From the NCBI GenBank assembly GCA_951406725.2, contig OX597815.1, forward strand, positions 32,426,001 to 32,490,000: a stretch of DNA of 64,000 bases. Reading direction: 5' to 3'. Both the position numbers and the translations under genes were made by a program. The DNA comes from Octopus vulgaris. Taxonomy: Eukaryota. The notes beneath the pieces are model-generated. The model was not told the DNA's origin. It was given only the letters and a program-made list of their open reading frames with translations, and ran no database searches. Of the stretch, positions 35,508 through 49,219 are shown piece by piece (within the stretch, counting starts at the first letter, position 1; each line of letters starts with the position of its first letter).

Positions 35508-36600
35508 GATCTTTTTAATCTCAGTCACAGATTTTTAAAATTAATTTTTTTTTTAACTAAACAGTTTGAAACTTCGGATACTGGTTGAATGTGTCATGTA
35601 GAACACTGTTTACTCTTAATGTATTTGATAAAATTTTGTATATTAGAAATTATTTCGTGTTAAAGTTGTCGTATTTGGGTAATTTTAATCAATCGATGAT
35701 GTGTATTCAGCTGAAGAAAGTTACTGCTGTTTGCGAGAAAGTAATGGAAGAGCAACAACTTCCGGGTCATCAGGTCATGAAAGAGAGAGAGAGAGAGAGA
35801 GAGAGATTTGGGAGAAAAGTATAAAAGATAAGAAAGGTGGTTGAGAAAAACAGAAAGTTCTTTTATAGGGAATACATACGTGTGTGCGTGTGTATTTTTG
35901 CTCATCTTATCCACTGTGTCCTCTCATTTATATAATGTTAGTGTGTGACATTGAGAGAGATTTGGTTGTTATTTCCAGCAAATCGTAGAGAGAGAGAGAG
36001 ACAACAGAGAGAGTGGTGGTGTGTTGACAATCTGAATGACAGCTTATATAAACTTACCATCCCCCTACCACTACATATTAATTTATTAACCCCCCCTCCT
36101 TTTTCTTGATTCCATTCGGTGGGGGAGGGGATATCAGCTTTACATATGAATGTGTGGGTGTGTGATGAACAGCATGAACAACTGTCATCAACTTCACAAT
36201 CTCCCTCCCTCCTTAAAGCCGTATATTCCTCACACCCGCCTCCCTTTCGTTTACTAAGCGTTCTAAAAGTTGCATGTGTGCGTATGTATTGGTGTGTGAG
36301 TATGTATACATATACATGTGTCTGTGTATTTACATGCATATATGTATGCAGCGTCCAAAACATGACCCAATGACCCGGATGTTATTGCTTTTTCCATTAC
36401 TTTCGCAAACAGCAGTAACTTGCTTCAGCTGAATACACGTCATTGATTGGTTGAAATTACCCAAATACGACAACTTTAACATGAAATAACTTCTAAAATA
36501 CAAAATTTTCTACTTGACACATTCAACCAGCATCCAAAGTTTCAAATCGTTTAGTCAAAAAACATTGATTAAAAAATCTGTGACTGTGGTTGAAAAGATC
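35508..36600. mobile_element. Long-TIR MITE / fold-back DNA transposon (about 1.1 kb)
   Basis: 35508-35779 is the diverged reverse complement of 36361-36600, and both termini read GATCTTTT. No clear TSD. Confidence 0.8.
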
Positions 36601-37092
36601 TGGTTTTCCTTTGTAATTGATTTATTTCAAAACACTGCATTATGGGTTAAAAAATTTGCTTCACAACCGTTGGTTGCTGGTTCACTCTCACTGCAAGGTA
36701 CTTCGGGCAGGACAGCACTATTTCAGGTAGTGCTTTATGACTAGATGCCCTTCCTGATGCCAACCTTTTTTAATTGTATCCCATGAAGACTGACCTTAAA
36801 ATGCTGAGCCTCAAAGAGGAGTTGATAAAGGACCAAAATGACTGACAATTCACTGTGCTCAAGAAGACCTATCTATCACAGTAAAAAGGTTCTAGAAGTA
36901 CTTTGTTTATGTTTGTATGTGCTTGGCCTTGCCCCCACATCCATTCTGTCCTGTCAAGCATTCCTCACATCTCATTCCCCTAACACCCATCCCTCTGTCA
37001 CTCTTCTCTCCACGGCACTACTTTGCTGCTGTAATCACTTGGGAGGAGAATTGGTGCATATTATATCTCCTACCCATTCACTGCACTACTGT

Positions 37093-37345
37093 GGAGGCGC
37101 GTGACTTTGTGGTTAGAGTATTAGACTCATGATTGTAAGATTGCAGTTTTGATTCTTGGACCGGGTGATGCATTGTGTTCTTGAGCAAGACACTTCATTT
37201 TCACGTTGCTCCAGTCCACTCAGCTGGCAAAAATGAGTAATCCTGTAATGAACTGGCATCCCATCCAGGTGAGGAATATACATGCCATGAAAGTGGGAAA
37301 CCAGCCCTTGTGGGTCAGCATGACTCGAGAAGTTAACTTCACCTT
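37093..37345 (+). mobile_element. tRNA-derived SINE, family C (CORE-like)
   Basis: GGAGGCGCGTGAC..GTGGTTAG head and TTGTGTTCTTGAGCAAGACACTT core. A second copy lies at 38262-38470. Confidence 0.7.
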
Positions 37346-38709
37346 TACTACCCCATCCCATCCCTGGAGCCACTTGCATCCCTTCCCACACTATTTTCAC
37401 TGGTTACTCCCTTCTCAGTTATATCTCCCTCTGTGTCATTCTTCATCATAACACCTCTCATATCTACTATTGTTCTCAATGCCTTCTCACATCTACCATT
37501 AGTTACCTTTATGTACCTCAGCATCTTTCCCCGCTGCTCCAACACCTTACTCATCATCCTCCCACTTCCTGATTTATCTTCCACTTCTATCTCTCTCACC
37601 TTACTCCCTCTCTGAATTGATATTTCCCATCAGCCTTCCTGTTGTCCATCACTCACTACACCTCAACCATCACCTCTGACCAGCTGTTACTGTCCCCTCA
37701 TGCTCCTATGAAAGTACCCTACCCCCAATCCACTGTCCATATCCTCCCAGGGTTTGCTCTAGCAATCCATCACTACCATCTATATCTCTTCCTAGCCACC
37801 TTGTATAATTCAGGGTAGCCATGTATCCTCTCTATAACAAGACACCTCTGCTTGTCTCTCTATCATACTTTTAACTCTCAACATCTCACAGAAAATGACC
37901 TCCCCCTCTCAAATACTCCCTATCATTTAGTTGATGGGGGCTTTATCCTGTTCTTTTCTTGTCTTGTAAGTTACGTGGTGACTTCATTAGTGCCAGTGAC
38001 GTGAAAAAAGTACCTAGTATATACTCTGTAAAGTGGCTGGCATTCAGAAGGTCATCCAGCCATAGAAACCATGCCAAAGCTGGCATTAGAGCTCAGTTCA
38101 ACCTTGCGACTCACTGTATCCTAGCAACCCATTGAACCTGTTGAATGAATGTGGATGATGATTGTGATGTGCAGTGATATAGAGCACATTATCTTATAAC
38201 TGAGACAAAGTAGTTCAACTTTGAAATGTTATGCATGAGATGGTAGTAGTAGTAAATGTAGAGGTATGTGGCTTGGTGGTTAGGGTGTTGGGTTCATGAT
38301 AGCAAGATTGTGGTTTCAGTTCTTAGACCAGGCACTACATTGTGTTCTTGAGCAAAATGCCTTCATTTCATGTTACTCCAGTTCACTCAGCTGGCAAAGA
38401 TGACTAATCGTGTGATGGACCAGTGTCCTGTCCAGGTGTGGGGGTGAACCAGGAAACAGGTTCTATGAGTCTATATGCCTCATAGAGCATATAGACTCAT
38501 ATAGCAAATCTTGCTTTCCATTGCCTAGAAATGTTTTTACATGAAATATTGATTTCAAATTTTGGCACAAGGCCAGCAAATTTGGGTGGAGGCTACACAA
38601 TTATATTGGTCTCAGTATTCAGCTGGTACTTATTTAATTGACCCTGAAAGGATGAAAGGCAAAGTTGTCCTTGGTGGAATTTGAACTCAGAATTTAACTT
38701 TTTACACAA

Positions 38710-39115
38710 AATATTCTTTTCTACTCTAGGCAGAAGGCCTGAAATTTTGGGGGAGGGGAGGGCAGTCGATTAGATTGAACCCAGTATGCAACTGGTGCTT
38801 AATTTATCGACCTCGAAAGAATGAAAGGCAAAGTTGACCTAGGCAGAATTTGAACTTAGAATGTAAAGACAGATGAAATACCTATTTCTTTACTACCTAC
38901 AAGGGGCTAAACACAGAGAGGACAAACAAGGACAGACAAATAGATTAAGTCGATTATATTGACCCTAGTGTGTAACTGGTACTTAATTTATCGACCCTGA
39001 AAGGATGAAAGGCAAAGTTGACCTCGGCGGAATTTGAACTGAGAACGTAATGGCAGATGAAATACCACTAAGCATTTCACCTGGCGTGCTAACGTTTCTG
39101 CCAGCTCACCGCCTT
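38710..39115 (-). mobile_element. Tandem or nested family B SINEs
   Basis: Reverse complement of 25410-25640 plus an additional partial copy. Confidence 0.85.
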
Positions 39116-39539
39116 TCTTACACAGAATATTGAAAGATTTATGAAATACATTTAAAAAAATAAATTCTTAGAAAATAATTATTTTGATTCTTATATTAGT
39201 CAGTTTCTTTTTTTAAGAAATTATTTTAATTGCTGTTTATCTGAAATATTTTTAATCTAAGGTTAAAAGGATACTGTAGTTTTGACTGTGAAGGACACGA
39301 GAACCTTTCTAGAGCAGGTACTATATAATAAATGTACCTAGAAACTTCTATAAGGTAGTTGGTCTTAGGAAGGTCATCCAGCTATAGAAAACATGCCAAA
39401 AATAGAACATACAAACAAGATATAGTCATTAGAGGAGGGTAGTAACTCTGAATAAGGACCTAGCATAAAAAGTGCAAATAAAATGATGATCATAATGATA
39501 TTGAGTTTTCTGTTAATTTATCCTGAAGCATGTAGAGTT

Positions 39540-39745
39540 TTAACCCTTTAGTGTTCAGATTACTCTGTTAAATGTAATGCTTTTTTAATTAAAATTGTTT
39601 TTAATTAATCCTGCATTATCTTATAGCTTTTGAGGTTTCAGTGATGTGATTGTTTATTTTTAGAATGTCAATGTAGATTAGGTGTAAGAGGCCGAATATA
39701 AAACATAGAATATTTGGGCCGGATATGGCCTGTTTAAACACTAGT
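39540..39745. mobile_element. piggyBac-type MITE
   Basis: Starts TTAACCCTTTAG and is related to 32913-33074 / 34682-34724. Confidence 0.6.
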
Positions 39746-40379
39746 TCTCTATTTTGTTATGCCATTGTTCTGAGATTCCTATTTAACTTGTAGTTCTCAC
39801 AGCCTGCTGCTGAACATAAAAAAATTGTTAAGAATCCAATTGTATTGAAAAGTTGATTTTTTTAACCTTGTGACACACTGGACATTAATTTGAGCATTAC
39901 TGGACAATTAAAAATTAATGGCGCCCTTTGTATAGAAAATAAAATATCAGTGGAGAGTAACACATCAATGATTTACTTTGCATGGGAAGTTTAAAAAAAC
40001 TATGTTTTAAAGTTGAAAATTTTTGTAAAAAATGAAGTAACTTCTGCTTACTCATTTTAATAGATCTATTTGTGTATGACAAAATTATGAATAAGACTTT
40101 GCAAGATACTGAAAAAAAGTTGTATAGATTTTGTAAAACCTTAAATTATACTTGAAAAAAGCATGTGGTACACTTTATATTTTTCTTATTGATATGAAAT
40201 CTTTCTTTGGGCAACTGTATGGTGTGGGTGCCATATTATGTACTCATAGCTTAAACCTTTAATCTCAACCCATATTGAAGAAGACACCTTTTATACTGCA
40301 TAGGTGGAATTTTGTTGATTTATCAGAGAGTGGTTTCTCTTGCACAATATTCAAAGTGTGTGTATGTGTGTGTGTGTAG

Positions 40380-40450
<71 letters not shown>

Positions 40451-40612
40451 TGTGTGTGTATGTACAACTGGAGTGTATAATCTAGATTTAAAAAATAGTA
40501 CTTGGAGTGAATGGAAAAAGTTTTTTGATATTTCTAAAGTATAACGCAATTCATTCCATAATCTGACACCACAGTGCATAGTGCATAAATATATAGCTTC
40601 TGAAGACATTTA

Positions 40613-41138
40613 TGCGTACTTTTCCTTCATTGGACACTAAACTCTGCTTGTGAAGACCTGTTGAGGCAAGTGAAATCGAAATCAAATTCAATGACTGGCA
40701 TCTGTGCTAGTGGAGCACTAAGAGCACCATCCAAGCATGATCATTGCCAGAGCAGCTAACTGGCTTCCGTGCCGGTGGCACGTAAAAAGCACCATTTGAG
40801 TGTGATTGTTACTAGCGTCGCCTTACTGGCATGTGAAAAAACATTTGAGCGAGGTTGTTGCCAGTGCCGCTGGACTGGCTCCTGTGCAGGTGGCACATAA
40901 AAAGCACCATTTGAGTGTGGCTGTTGCCAGTACCGCCTGACTGGCCCTCGTGCCGGTGGCACGTAAAAGCACCCACTACACTCTCAGAGTGATTGGCATT
41001 AGGGAGGGCATCAAGCTGTAGAAACTCTGCCAGATCAGATTGGAGCCTGGTGCAGCCATCTGGTTTGCCAGTCCTCAGTCAAATCGTCCAACCCATGCTA
41101 GCATGGAAAGTGGACGTTAAGTGATGATGATGATGATG
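40613..41138 (+). mobile_element. Longest (GAT)n-tailed retroposon copy, with internal tandem array
   Basis: Several GTGCCGGTGGCAC(G/A)TAAAAAGCACC units, then GGAGGGCATC and (GAT)n. Further copies lie at 43355-43605, 46770-47028, 50138-50423, 55963-56240, 57172-57449, 62601-62885 and 63066-63379. Confidence 0.85.
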
Positions 41139-41845
41139 TATTTATTGGCTAATAAAAAGAAATTATGACTTATTTATAATGAGTAGCTAAGAACAGTAGA
41201 GTACCAAATTAAATGCTTTGCAATGGTTAAAAATAATAAAAATTAGTGATGACAATGTTCATGCCAACAGGAAATAAATAAAAAAGCTGACCTTTTGTGC
41301 TCAGGCTTTTTAGTATATTTTCAAGGTAGAAAAGATAGTTCATAGGAAAGCAACAGTCTTTGTGTTATCTGTTATCCAATTTGAGATACGTAATTCATAA
41401 TAATAATGATATCTTTTATTTTTTACTTCTTTCATAAATGGATTGTGGCCATGCTGAGGCACCATCTTGAAGGGTTTAAATGAACAAATTGACCCTAGTA
41501 TTTTTCAGTCCCTTTAGCTGAACCACTAAGTTATGGAGATGAAGACAATGGAGCATCAGTTATCAAATGTGGGTGTGTTGAGGAGAGACAAAGACACATG
41601 TGTACACATACCTGATGGGCTTCCATACAATTTCCATCTACCAAATTCAGTCATTCATCAGCCTAGGGCTATAATGCCTGACATTTGCCCTAGGTGCTGT
41701 TCAATGAGACTGAACCTGAATCCACATGGTTGCAAAGCAAGCTTCTTAACTACACAGTCATGCCTTATTTTTTATTCAAGCTGGCAGAATTGTTAGACTG
41801 CTGGGCAAAATGCTTAGTGGTCTGTCTTTATGTTCATGTCCCAGT

Positions 41846-42142
41846 GGCACAGTTGGTTGTGCCCTACAGAGATAGTTGATTGTGTCCTAATTGTACTATT
41901 GTTCGTACCCTACAGGGAAAACTGATCATGTCCTAATGGCACAGTTTATTGTGCCCTACAGGGTCAGCTGATTGTGTCCTAATGGCACAGTTTATTGTGT
42001 CCTAATGAAACAGTTTATTGTGCCCTACAGGGTCAGCTGACTGTGTCCTAATGGCACAGTTTATTGTGCCCTACAGGGTCAGCTGATTATGTCCTAATGG
42101 CACAGTTGATTGTGCCTTACAGACACAGTTGATTGTTTCCTA
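41846..42142. repeat. Minisatellite, 23-bp monomers in a 46-bp A/B dimer
   Basis: A = TGGCACAGTTTATTGTGCCCTAC and B = AGGGTCAGCTGATTGTGTCCTAA, about 13 monomers in total. Confidence 0.9.
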
Positions 42143-43674
42143 ACAAGTAAGACAACCTAGCAAAATGACCAACCTTTTATAAATATTTCAGTTGGCACTT
42201 ATTTTATCAGCCTCTCTTTATTAAATGTCTAAGTTATTGTGATATTGTAATTAAAATTACTAATTATGTTGAATGTTTGTTTTACATTTTTCATCATGTG
42301 ACTCAACTGGATGATCATGTGTCATTGATGGCTACCAGTTTGATGAGTGCTGGGTTGAATAAAGCTGGAAGTAAAGGATTTCATACAATTGTGTCTTTGC
42401 TTAGATGAATACTTTGTTGTAGGATTACTTTACTGGACTTGAATAAGCATTTATGGGATTCATTATGCCAATTTCCTAATGTCACCAGTAAACAATGCTT
42501 GAGTGGTGTTAAATAAGCTTTGTCTTGATTTAATATAATGATAGAACATTACTTTTTGATATAAAAAGATGCAGTTTGGCATTCTGTTATACACACATGC
42601 AATACTATCTTATATATACACACACACACATATGGTATATGTAGGTACAGAAGAGAAATTCAAAACTATGCAATGCCAAGGGGTGAGAGTTAAGTTTATG
42701 AAAGCAGACACATAAATTGTAGTTATTCAAATTCTTTTTTTTATGTTCCCTATCATTGTATCCACTCTGATGATAGAAAATGTGAAATTCAAACAATTAG
42801 ATGTGAAATGCCAGCCTTCATAACCACGTGCACACGCAGACACACACACACACACACACACACACACCATTCAATGTCTGTTTTTCATGCCTGCTAGACA
42901 TGTATTTATAAATAATTCTTGATGCAGGCATGGCTATTGTGGTTAAGAAGTTTGCTACCCAGCCACATGATTTTGAGTTCAGTTCCACTGTGTGACACAT
43001 GGGCCAGTGTCTTCTAGTACAGCCATGGCTCAACCATAGCCTTGTCAGTATATTTTGTAGGTGGTGACTGAAAGTGTGTGTGTAAAGTGGTTGGTGTTGG
43101 GAAGGGCATCCAGCCATAAAATCCATGCCAAAATAGATTGTGAAGCTTGGTGCACTCCTCTAACTTAACAGCTCCTGTCAAAATGTCCAACCTATACCAG
43201 CATGACAGATAGATGTTAAGTTGTTGGTGATGATGATGATACACGCACACAAACATATACACATGTATATGCACACATACTTACACACACACATATACAC
43301 ACACACACACACATATATACTCATATTTCTCTCTCTCTCTCTACATATATATATGTGCCGGTGGCACATAAAAAGCACCATCCGAACGTGACCGATGCCA
43401 GCGCCGCCTTTGCTGGCTTCCGTGCCGGTGACACGTTCAAAGCACCCACTACACTTTCAGAGTGGTTGGTGTTAGGAAAGGCATCCAGCTGTAGAAACAC
43501 TGCCAGATCAGACGGGAGCCTGGTGCAGCCCCTGGCTTCCCAGACCCCGGTCGAACCGTCCAACCCGTGCTAGCGCAGAAAACGGACGTTAAACGTTGAT
43601 GATGATATATATATATATCCCCAAAAATGAAGAACACACGCACACATATCTCCTGTGCCGGTGGCACATAAAAA

Positions 43675-44505
43675 GCCCTCAGTAGCCCTCAACAGGTTGT
43701 CCTGTAGAAACCTCCAGTTGTCTTCCACATAATGTAATGCTATATCCCTCTCTATTTTGTCAAAAGCTTCAAGTAATACATTTCTAAATCTCTGTCCATT
43801 CACAAGATCCTTAAGCTTCCAGACCCTTCTTCTCCCTGCTGGCAATCTTCTGGGAGTCCATTTAGCCCTGATCCTGAAGTCACTAACTACTAATCTATGT
43901 TGTGGAGTGCATTCTTCACCTAGGAAGGTTTTGGCATTTATAAGTAGCCATCTTTCCCGTTTCCTGGTGAAGATGTAATCAATTTAACGAGTGTGTCCAC
44001 CAGATCGGTAGGTGAATAGGTGGCTGGCAGGTTTCCTGAAGTTAGTATTACAAACCATAAGATCATTTGCATCACAGAACTTCAACAGTTTGGTTCCCTC
44101 CTCATTGCTGGAATCAAAACCATAGCCATGGAAGCCCCCTGCATGTTGTCCAACATGTCCATTGAAGTTGCCAGCTACAAAGAGAAGATCCCTGTCATTC
44201 ATTGATGAGGTAATCTGCAAGAGGGTGTCATAAAATTGGTCATTCTGTTCATCAGTTAGCCTCGGCCGAGGGGCATAGGCCGAGATAACGGTTGCCAAAC
44301 CATGTTGCTGCACAAATCTAATCTTAAGTATTCTATCACAGATTCTGACTACCTCGATTACCTTATCAACCCATTTCTCCACAAGAAGTATACCCACACC
44401 CCCGACCCCATCAGTGTTCCCTGCTCAGAAAATCGTATACCTATGTCCTTTGCTTGGGAGGATCCTAGCAGTACTTCCTCTCCACCATACTACTTGGGTG
44501 CAGCA
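43675..44505 (-). mobile_element. RTE LINE AP-endonuclease fragment
   Basis: Contains GVGILL, DRILKIR, ISAYAP, GNFNGHVG, NTNFRK..TYRSG, IDY and QHRLVV motifs. Stop codons are present. Confidence 0.9.
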
Positions 44506-44989
44506 AGTTAAATTACTTGACAAGTTAAATTACTTGACAAGTTAAATTACTCATAAATACTATAAAGGATTTCAAATTTTGAAAGTCAGTGGTAATTGAG
44601 AATGTCATTAAAATGTAACTCTAGATCGTTAATGTAACTCTACATTGTAACTCTAGATTGTTAAAATGATAAATGTAAGAAGTGTTAGTTAAGAGAAAAA
44701 GGAAAATGAATTTGGACATTTGTCACCAATTCAGGAATTATAATAGAGACAGAATCATTATTTTGTTTGTTTGCATACATTTTGTTTTTGTTATATTCTT
44801 GGTTTTCCAATGTCATACTAACATTAGAATGGTTACCAAAGAAGTATCTCTCTCTCTGAGTTAGGTGACATTGTTTGTTTTTGTACTTCATGTTGTTTAC
44901 ACAGTTGGTGACGTCCTGTACCCATATATATATTATTTATATTATTATTTAATTGAACGCCACGCATCCATTTCCAAATAAGTATTTAT

Positions 44990-45150
44990 ATATTTTTTTT
45001 CTCTTGTTTCTTTCTGTGTTCCTTTCTGTGGAAGAGCATAGGCTCGAAACGTTAAAGACTTTTTCAATTCCTGAGCGTGATACTAATACATCTGTTTGTT
45101 TTCTACACCACCTGTCTTCGTCTTTTGTTTTTTTTGTGAATTCTCCCTGT
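44990..45150 (+). mobile_element. Solo Penelope-like 3' end with hammerhead-like motif
   Basis: Matches 8975-9125 and reads CTTT-CTGTGGA-A-GAGC(ATAG)GCTC-GAAA-CG-TT-AAAG at 45022-45057. Confidence 0.8.
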
Positions 45151-47993
45151 ATATATATATAAATTTGAGTGTATGTGTGTTTAACCCAAAAGGCTCTGAA
45201 ATAGTGTGTCCTGGAAAAAAACAAATTTGTTTTTCAAATTTTGCGTCCTAAAGAGAAGGTTGTTTATAAATAATAAAAAAGTATAATTTTCTGCAAGAAA
45301 TAACTCAACTTTTATATTGACAACTTACCCATTCTATCTGTCACCATTAATCTATCCCTCTATTATTTACCACTCTCTTTATCAGGGCAGGGTTTATTAG
45401 GGGGGGGGGGGGCAAAGGGGGCAACTGCACTGGTCCCCTATTTGGGGCCCCCTGCTGTGAAGGGTATATAGTGCTCAATACAGGGTTGCCCCACCTCCGA
45501 AGAGTCTCACTTTCAGTATACAAAGGTTATCTTGACTTAATGGATTCTGTTTTATAATAAATAACCATAGATTTTGCCACCTTACAGACACCAATTTATT
45601 CAATTAAAAAGCAGTTTGCTACCCAATCTTAATAGCACCTTACAATTTACCTTGGGAATGGTAGCTGCTATTGGGAATGGCAGAGAAAAGGGAAACAATA
45701 GAACAATTCTGAAAATGTATGTATGTATGTATATCTGGTATGAAGTGGCTCTCTTTCAATATACAAAGGTATCTTGGCTTCTTAAAAAACATAATGGATG
45801 CTCTTTTATGATAAATAACCCTAGATTTTACCTCCTTAGAGACACCAATTTATTCAATTAAAAAAAAATTTACTACTCAGTCTCAAAGGCAGCTTACAAT
45901 TTCTTTGGGAATTGTAACTTTTGAGACAATGACAGAACACTCTTGAAAAAGCATGTGTGTGTGTGTGTGTGTGTGTAAGTTTGAATGTATTAAAGATAAA
46001 GAGATTGATAGAAAGTAGTTACTGTCTCTAGGTCAAATTCCTTTCAACACATGACTGAACAATGACATTGGCTTGACTACTTGTAGTTAATTGCACACAC
46101 ACACATGCACGGATGCACGCACGCACACATGGCTACTTCTAAACTTAATTATTTCAGTGAGGTATTGACAACTGATCTTATTTTATGAAACAAGTATAGA
46201 AATATGTTCCAAAATTAAAATTTTGAATTAAGTTTTAATTATAAAATTACCTCTCTCTCTACTGCTAAAAGCATTATTTTTTTCAGCTTTAGAATTATTG
46301 CATATATGTTCAAATGTTTTTCATTAAATCGAACCTTTTTCTTTCTTTCTTTTTTTTTCTGTATTTGAAGAATCTATAGAGAATATGAAGAAGCTATAGA
46401 GAATATTTTATGTTGAGTTTTTAGATTTAGTCAGGTTTCATTAATTTCATACCGTGTACTTATTTTTCTATGATCCTGTTTCATTTAACAAAGATATTTA
46501 AAATTTTTGTTGCATTTCTGATCTTTCTGATGTCTAAGGATGGACATTTATGTCTATGAGTCTCTTTGCAAATGAAATTTGGGAGATTTGAAGAGGCAAA
46601 TTTACTTTATCTTGTCTTATTTATTTTACCCTATCTAAATTTGTCTTTTATATGTTCAAAGAGAACGATGATTATTTTCTGAAACAGTGTTCTGAATATG
46701 TTACAGTGTTTTTACTGCATTAAGAGAAGCTCTCTGCTTAGTAGATACAGTTTTTGAAAGGTAGTGAACATCATCATCATCATCGTTTAACATCTGCTTT
46801 CCATGCTAGCATGGGTTGGACGATTTTGACTGAGGGCTGGCAAACCAGATGGCTGCACAAGGCTCCAATCTTGATTTGGTAGAGTTTCTACAGCTGGATG
46901 CTCTTCCTAACGCTAACCACTCTAAGAGTGTAGTGGGTGCTTTTTATGTGCCACCAGCATGGGGGCCAGTCAGGTGGTACTGGCAATGACCTCACTCGAA
47001 TCTTTTACACGTGCCACCGGCACAGGTGAACATTTGTAAAAAATATTTTTTTCAAATGCAGTAAATATTACTCATTACGCCCCATCTACACACCACCCAT
47101 TAGAAACTGGAAGAGCAGACATTTGGAATAGCTGTCCTATATAAATTACCCTGTTTTTGTTGGAATATTCCCTTTCTTTTTTCACGCATTGCAAAACAAT
47201 GAAAAAAAAAAAAAAAAAAATTTAAATCCGTGTCTTTTAAATGTTGATATCTCTTCCCCACCACCCAAAGAAAAAAAAACACACTCATCCTGCCTTTGGA
47301 ACAGCAACAGCCACTAAAATGATTTTTTTTCTTTTTTGTTATTTTTTGTCATTTTGTATTCCACATTCTGAAATTGGTAACTCGTATTAAAAGAAAAAAG
47401 TCTTACCCACTCTTCCCTCCTTCATTGTACTTTTCACAATGGAGGAAAATCCAAACACTGCAAGTGGATGTGTAAAAAAGGCAATTTGAATTTTGAAAAA
47501 TGTTTCTATAAAGCAATATTTTCAGTCTTTTATTTAAACTTTCTCAAATTCAATGACATGAAATAAATGGGTTTTGAGATTTAAATTTGGTAATTTTTCA
47601 AGATTTGCATATGAGGGGCCAACTGAACGTGAAGTACACCCTCCCCAATTCAAGATTTAAATCCAGTCCTGGGTTTGGATCGTCTGTATTTTCAAACAAT
47701 GATTTTAAAAATTTTGAAAAAAAAAAGCTGAAATTCTAGGATTTATAGGAGTGAATGGGATGGAGTTAATAGAAAATCTTTTTAAAAATCTAAGTATTGT
47801 TTTTAAATTATTTTTCATTTTCTGTTTCAAAATAAAGGAAGTCGGAATTGTGATGTTGATTGCTGATTTCTCATTTTTTTTTTTTTTGACCTTCAAGGCT
47901 TTTCCCATCATTTTTAAGTATGTAGTACCAAAAACATTGGCCAACATTAATGCTGAGTAGAGGAAAGGGGTATGAAAAAATTTCTAAATTTTC

Positions 47994-48959
47994 AACTCAG
48001 GATTGGTTGTAGGTGCAGCATAGGTATTAAAAAAGAACACAAAGGGCATTTATTATTTGCAACAGCTGTTTCGGTAGAACTTTAATGATGTATTCAAAGA
48101 ATACATCAAAGCATAAATCCTAAAGGTGGTGGGTTTATGCTATGTAATCTATGAATACATCAATAACATTCTACTAAAACAGCTGTCATAAATTCTAAAC
48201 ACCATTTATGTTCTTCTTTTATATATTTATATACTAGCTGAATACCCCATCATTGGTGAGTAATTTGGCAGACTTTTGTAAGAGTACACCAACATAAGTT
48301 GGGTTTTCTCTATTTTGACAAGGATTTTACAAATGTTCTTGTACTACACTCTTACAAATGATGGGGGAAGCTTTTTAGATAAAAAAAATTTTTGAAAATT
48401 TATGAATCTCCCCTTTCCCACCCACTCTGGACCGATTTTATCCAACTTGTTTTTTTGTTTTTTTGCATTATGCACTTAAAAACAATAGAAGATACCTTTT
48501 TTGATGCAAAAATCAAGAGAAAAAGAAGTTGGATAAAATTGGTCCAGAGTGGGTGGGAAAGGGGAGATTCATAAATTTTCAAAAATTTTTTTTATCTAAA
48601 AAGCTTCCCCCATCATTTGTAAGAGTGTAGTACAAGAACATTTGTAAAATCCTTGTCAAAATAGAGAAAACCCAACTTATGTTGGTGTACTCTTACAAAA
48701 GTCTGCCAAATTACTCATCAACGATGGGGTATTCAGAAGAACATAAATGGTGTTTAGAATTTATGACAGCTGTTTTAGTAGAATGTTATTGATGTATTCA
48801 TAGATTACATAGCATAAACCCACCACCTTTAGGATTTATGCTTTGATGTATTCTTTGAATACATCATTAAAGTTCTACCGAAACAGCTGTTGCAAATAAT
48901 AAATGCCCTTTGTGTTCTTTTTTTAATACCTATGCTGCTCCTACAACCAATCCTGAGTT
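47994..48959. repeat. Near-perfect palindrome of about 966 bp
   Basis: Arms 47994-48448 and 48526-48959 differ by a few substitutions and one 22-nt indel. The inner stem and loop (48449-48525) pair imperfectly. Confidence 0.95.
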
Positions 48960-49181
48960 TAAGTTATATTTGGTGCTTACATGTCTTCAGTATCCTACCA
49001 ACATATAATGCCTTCACGGTCATTTTACCTTACTGTGAATCCTTTGTTATTGTACCTAGCCAGTTCTGACATCCTACGTATTTATGTGCCTAGATTCTAA
49101 TGACTCTTATAATTAATAAATATATATCCATCTGTCCAACCCATACCAACATCGAAAATATATGTTAAATGATGACGATGA

Positions 49182-49219
<38 letters not shown>

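Noticed and set aside
41846-42142. CRISPR-like array
   Set aside because: The intervening units are themselves repeats rather than unique spacers, there are no cas genes, and the context is eukaryotic.
44505-44662. Short 17-19 bp tandem repeats, and a small hairpin at 38465-38502
   Set aside because: These are consistent with local slippage or repair filler at transposon junctions and show no further structure.
48392-48582. Two near-identical 60-aa ORFs on opposite strands
   Set aside because: They are a by-product of the palindrome's symmetry.
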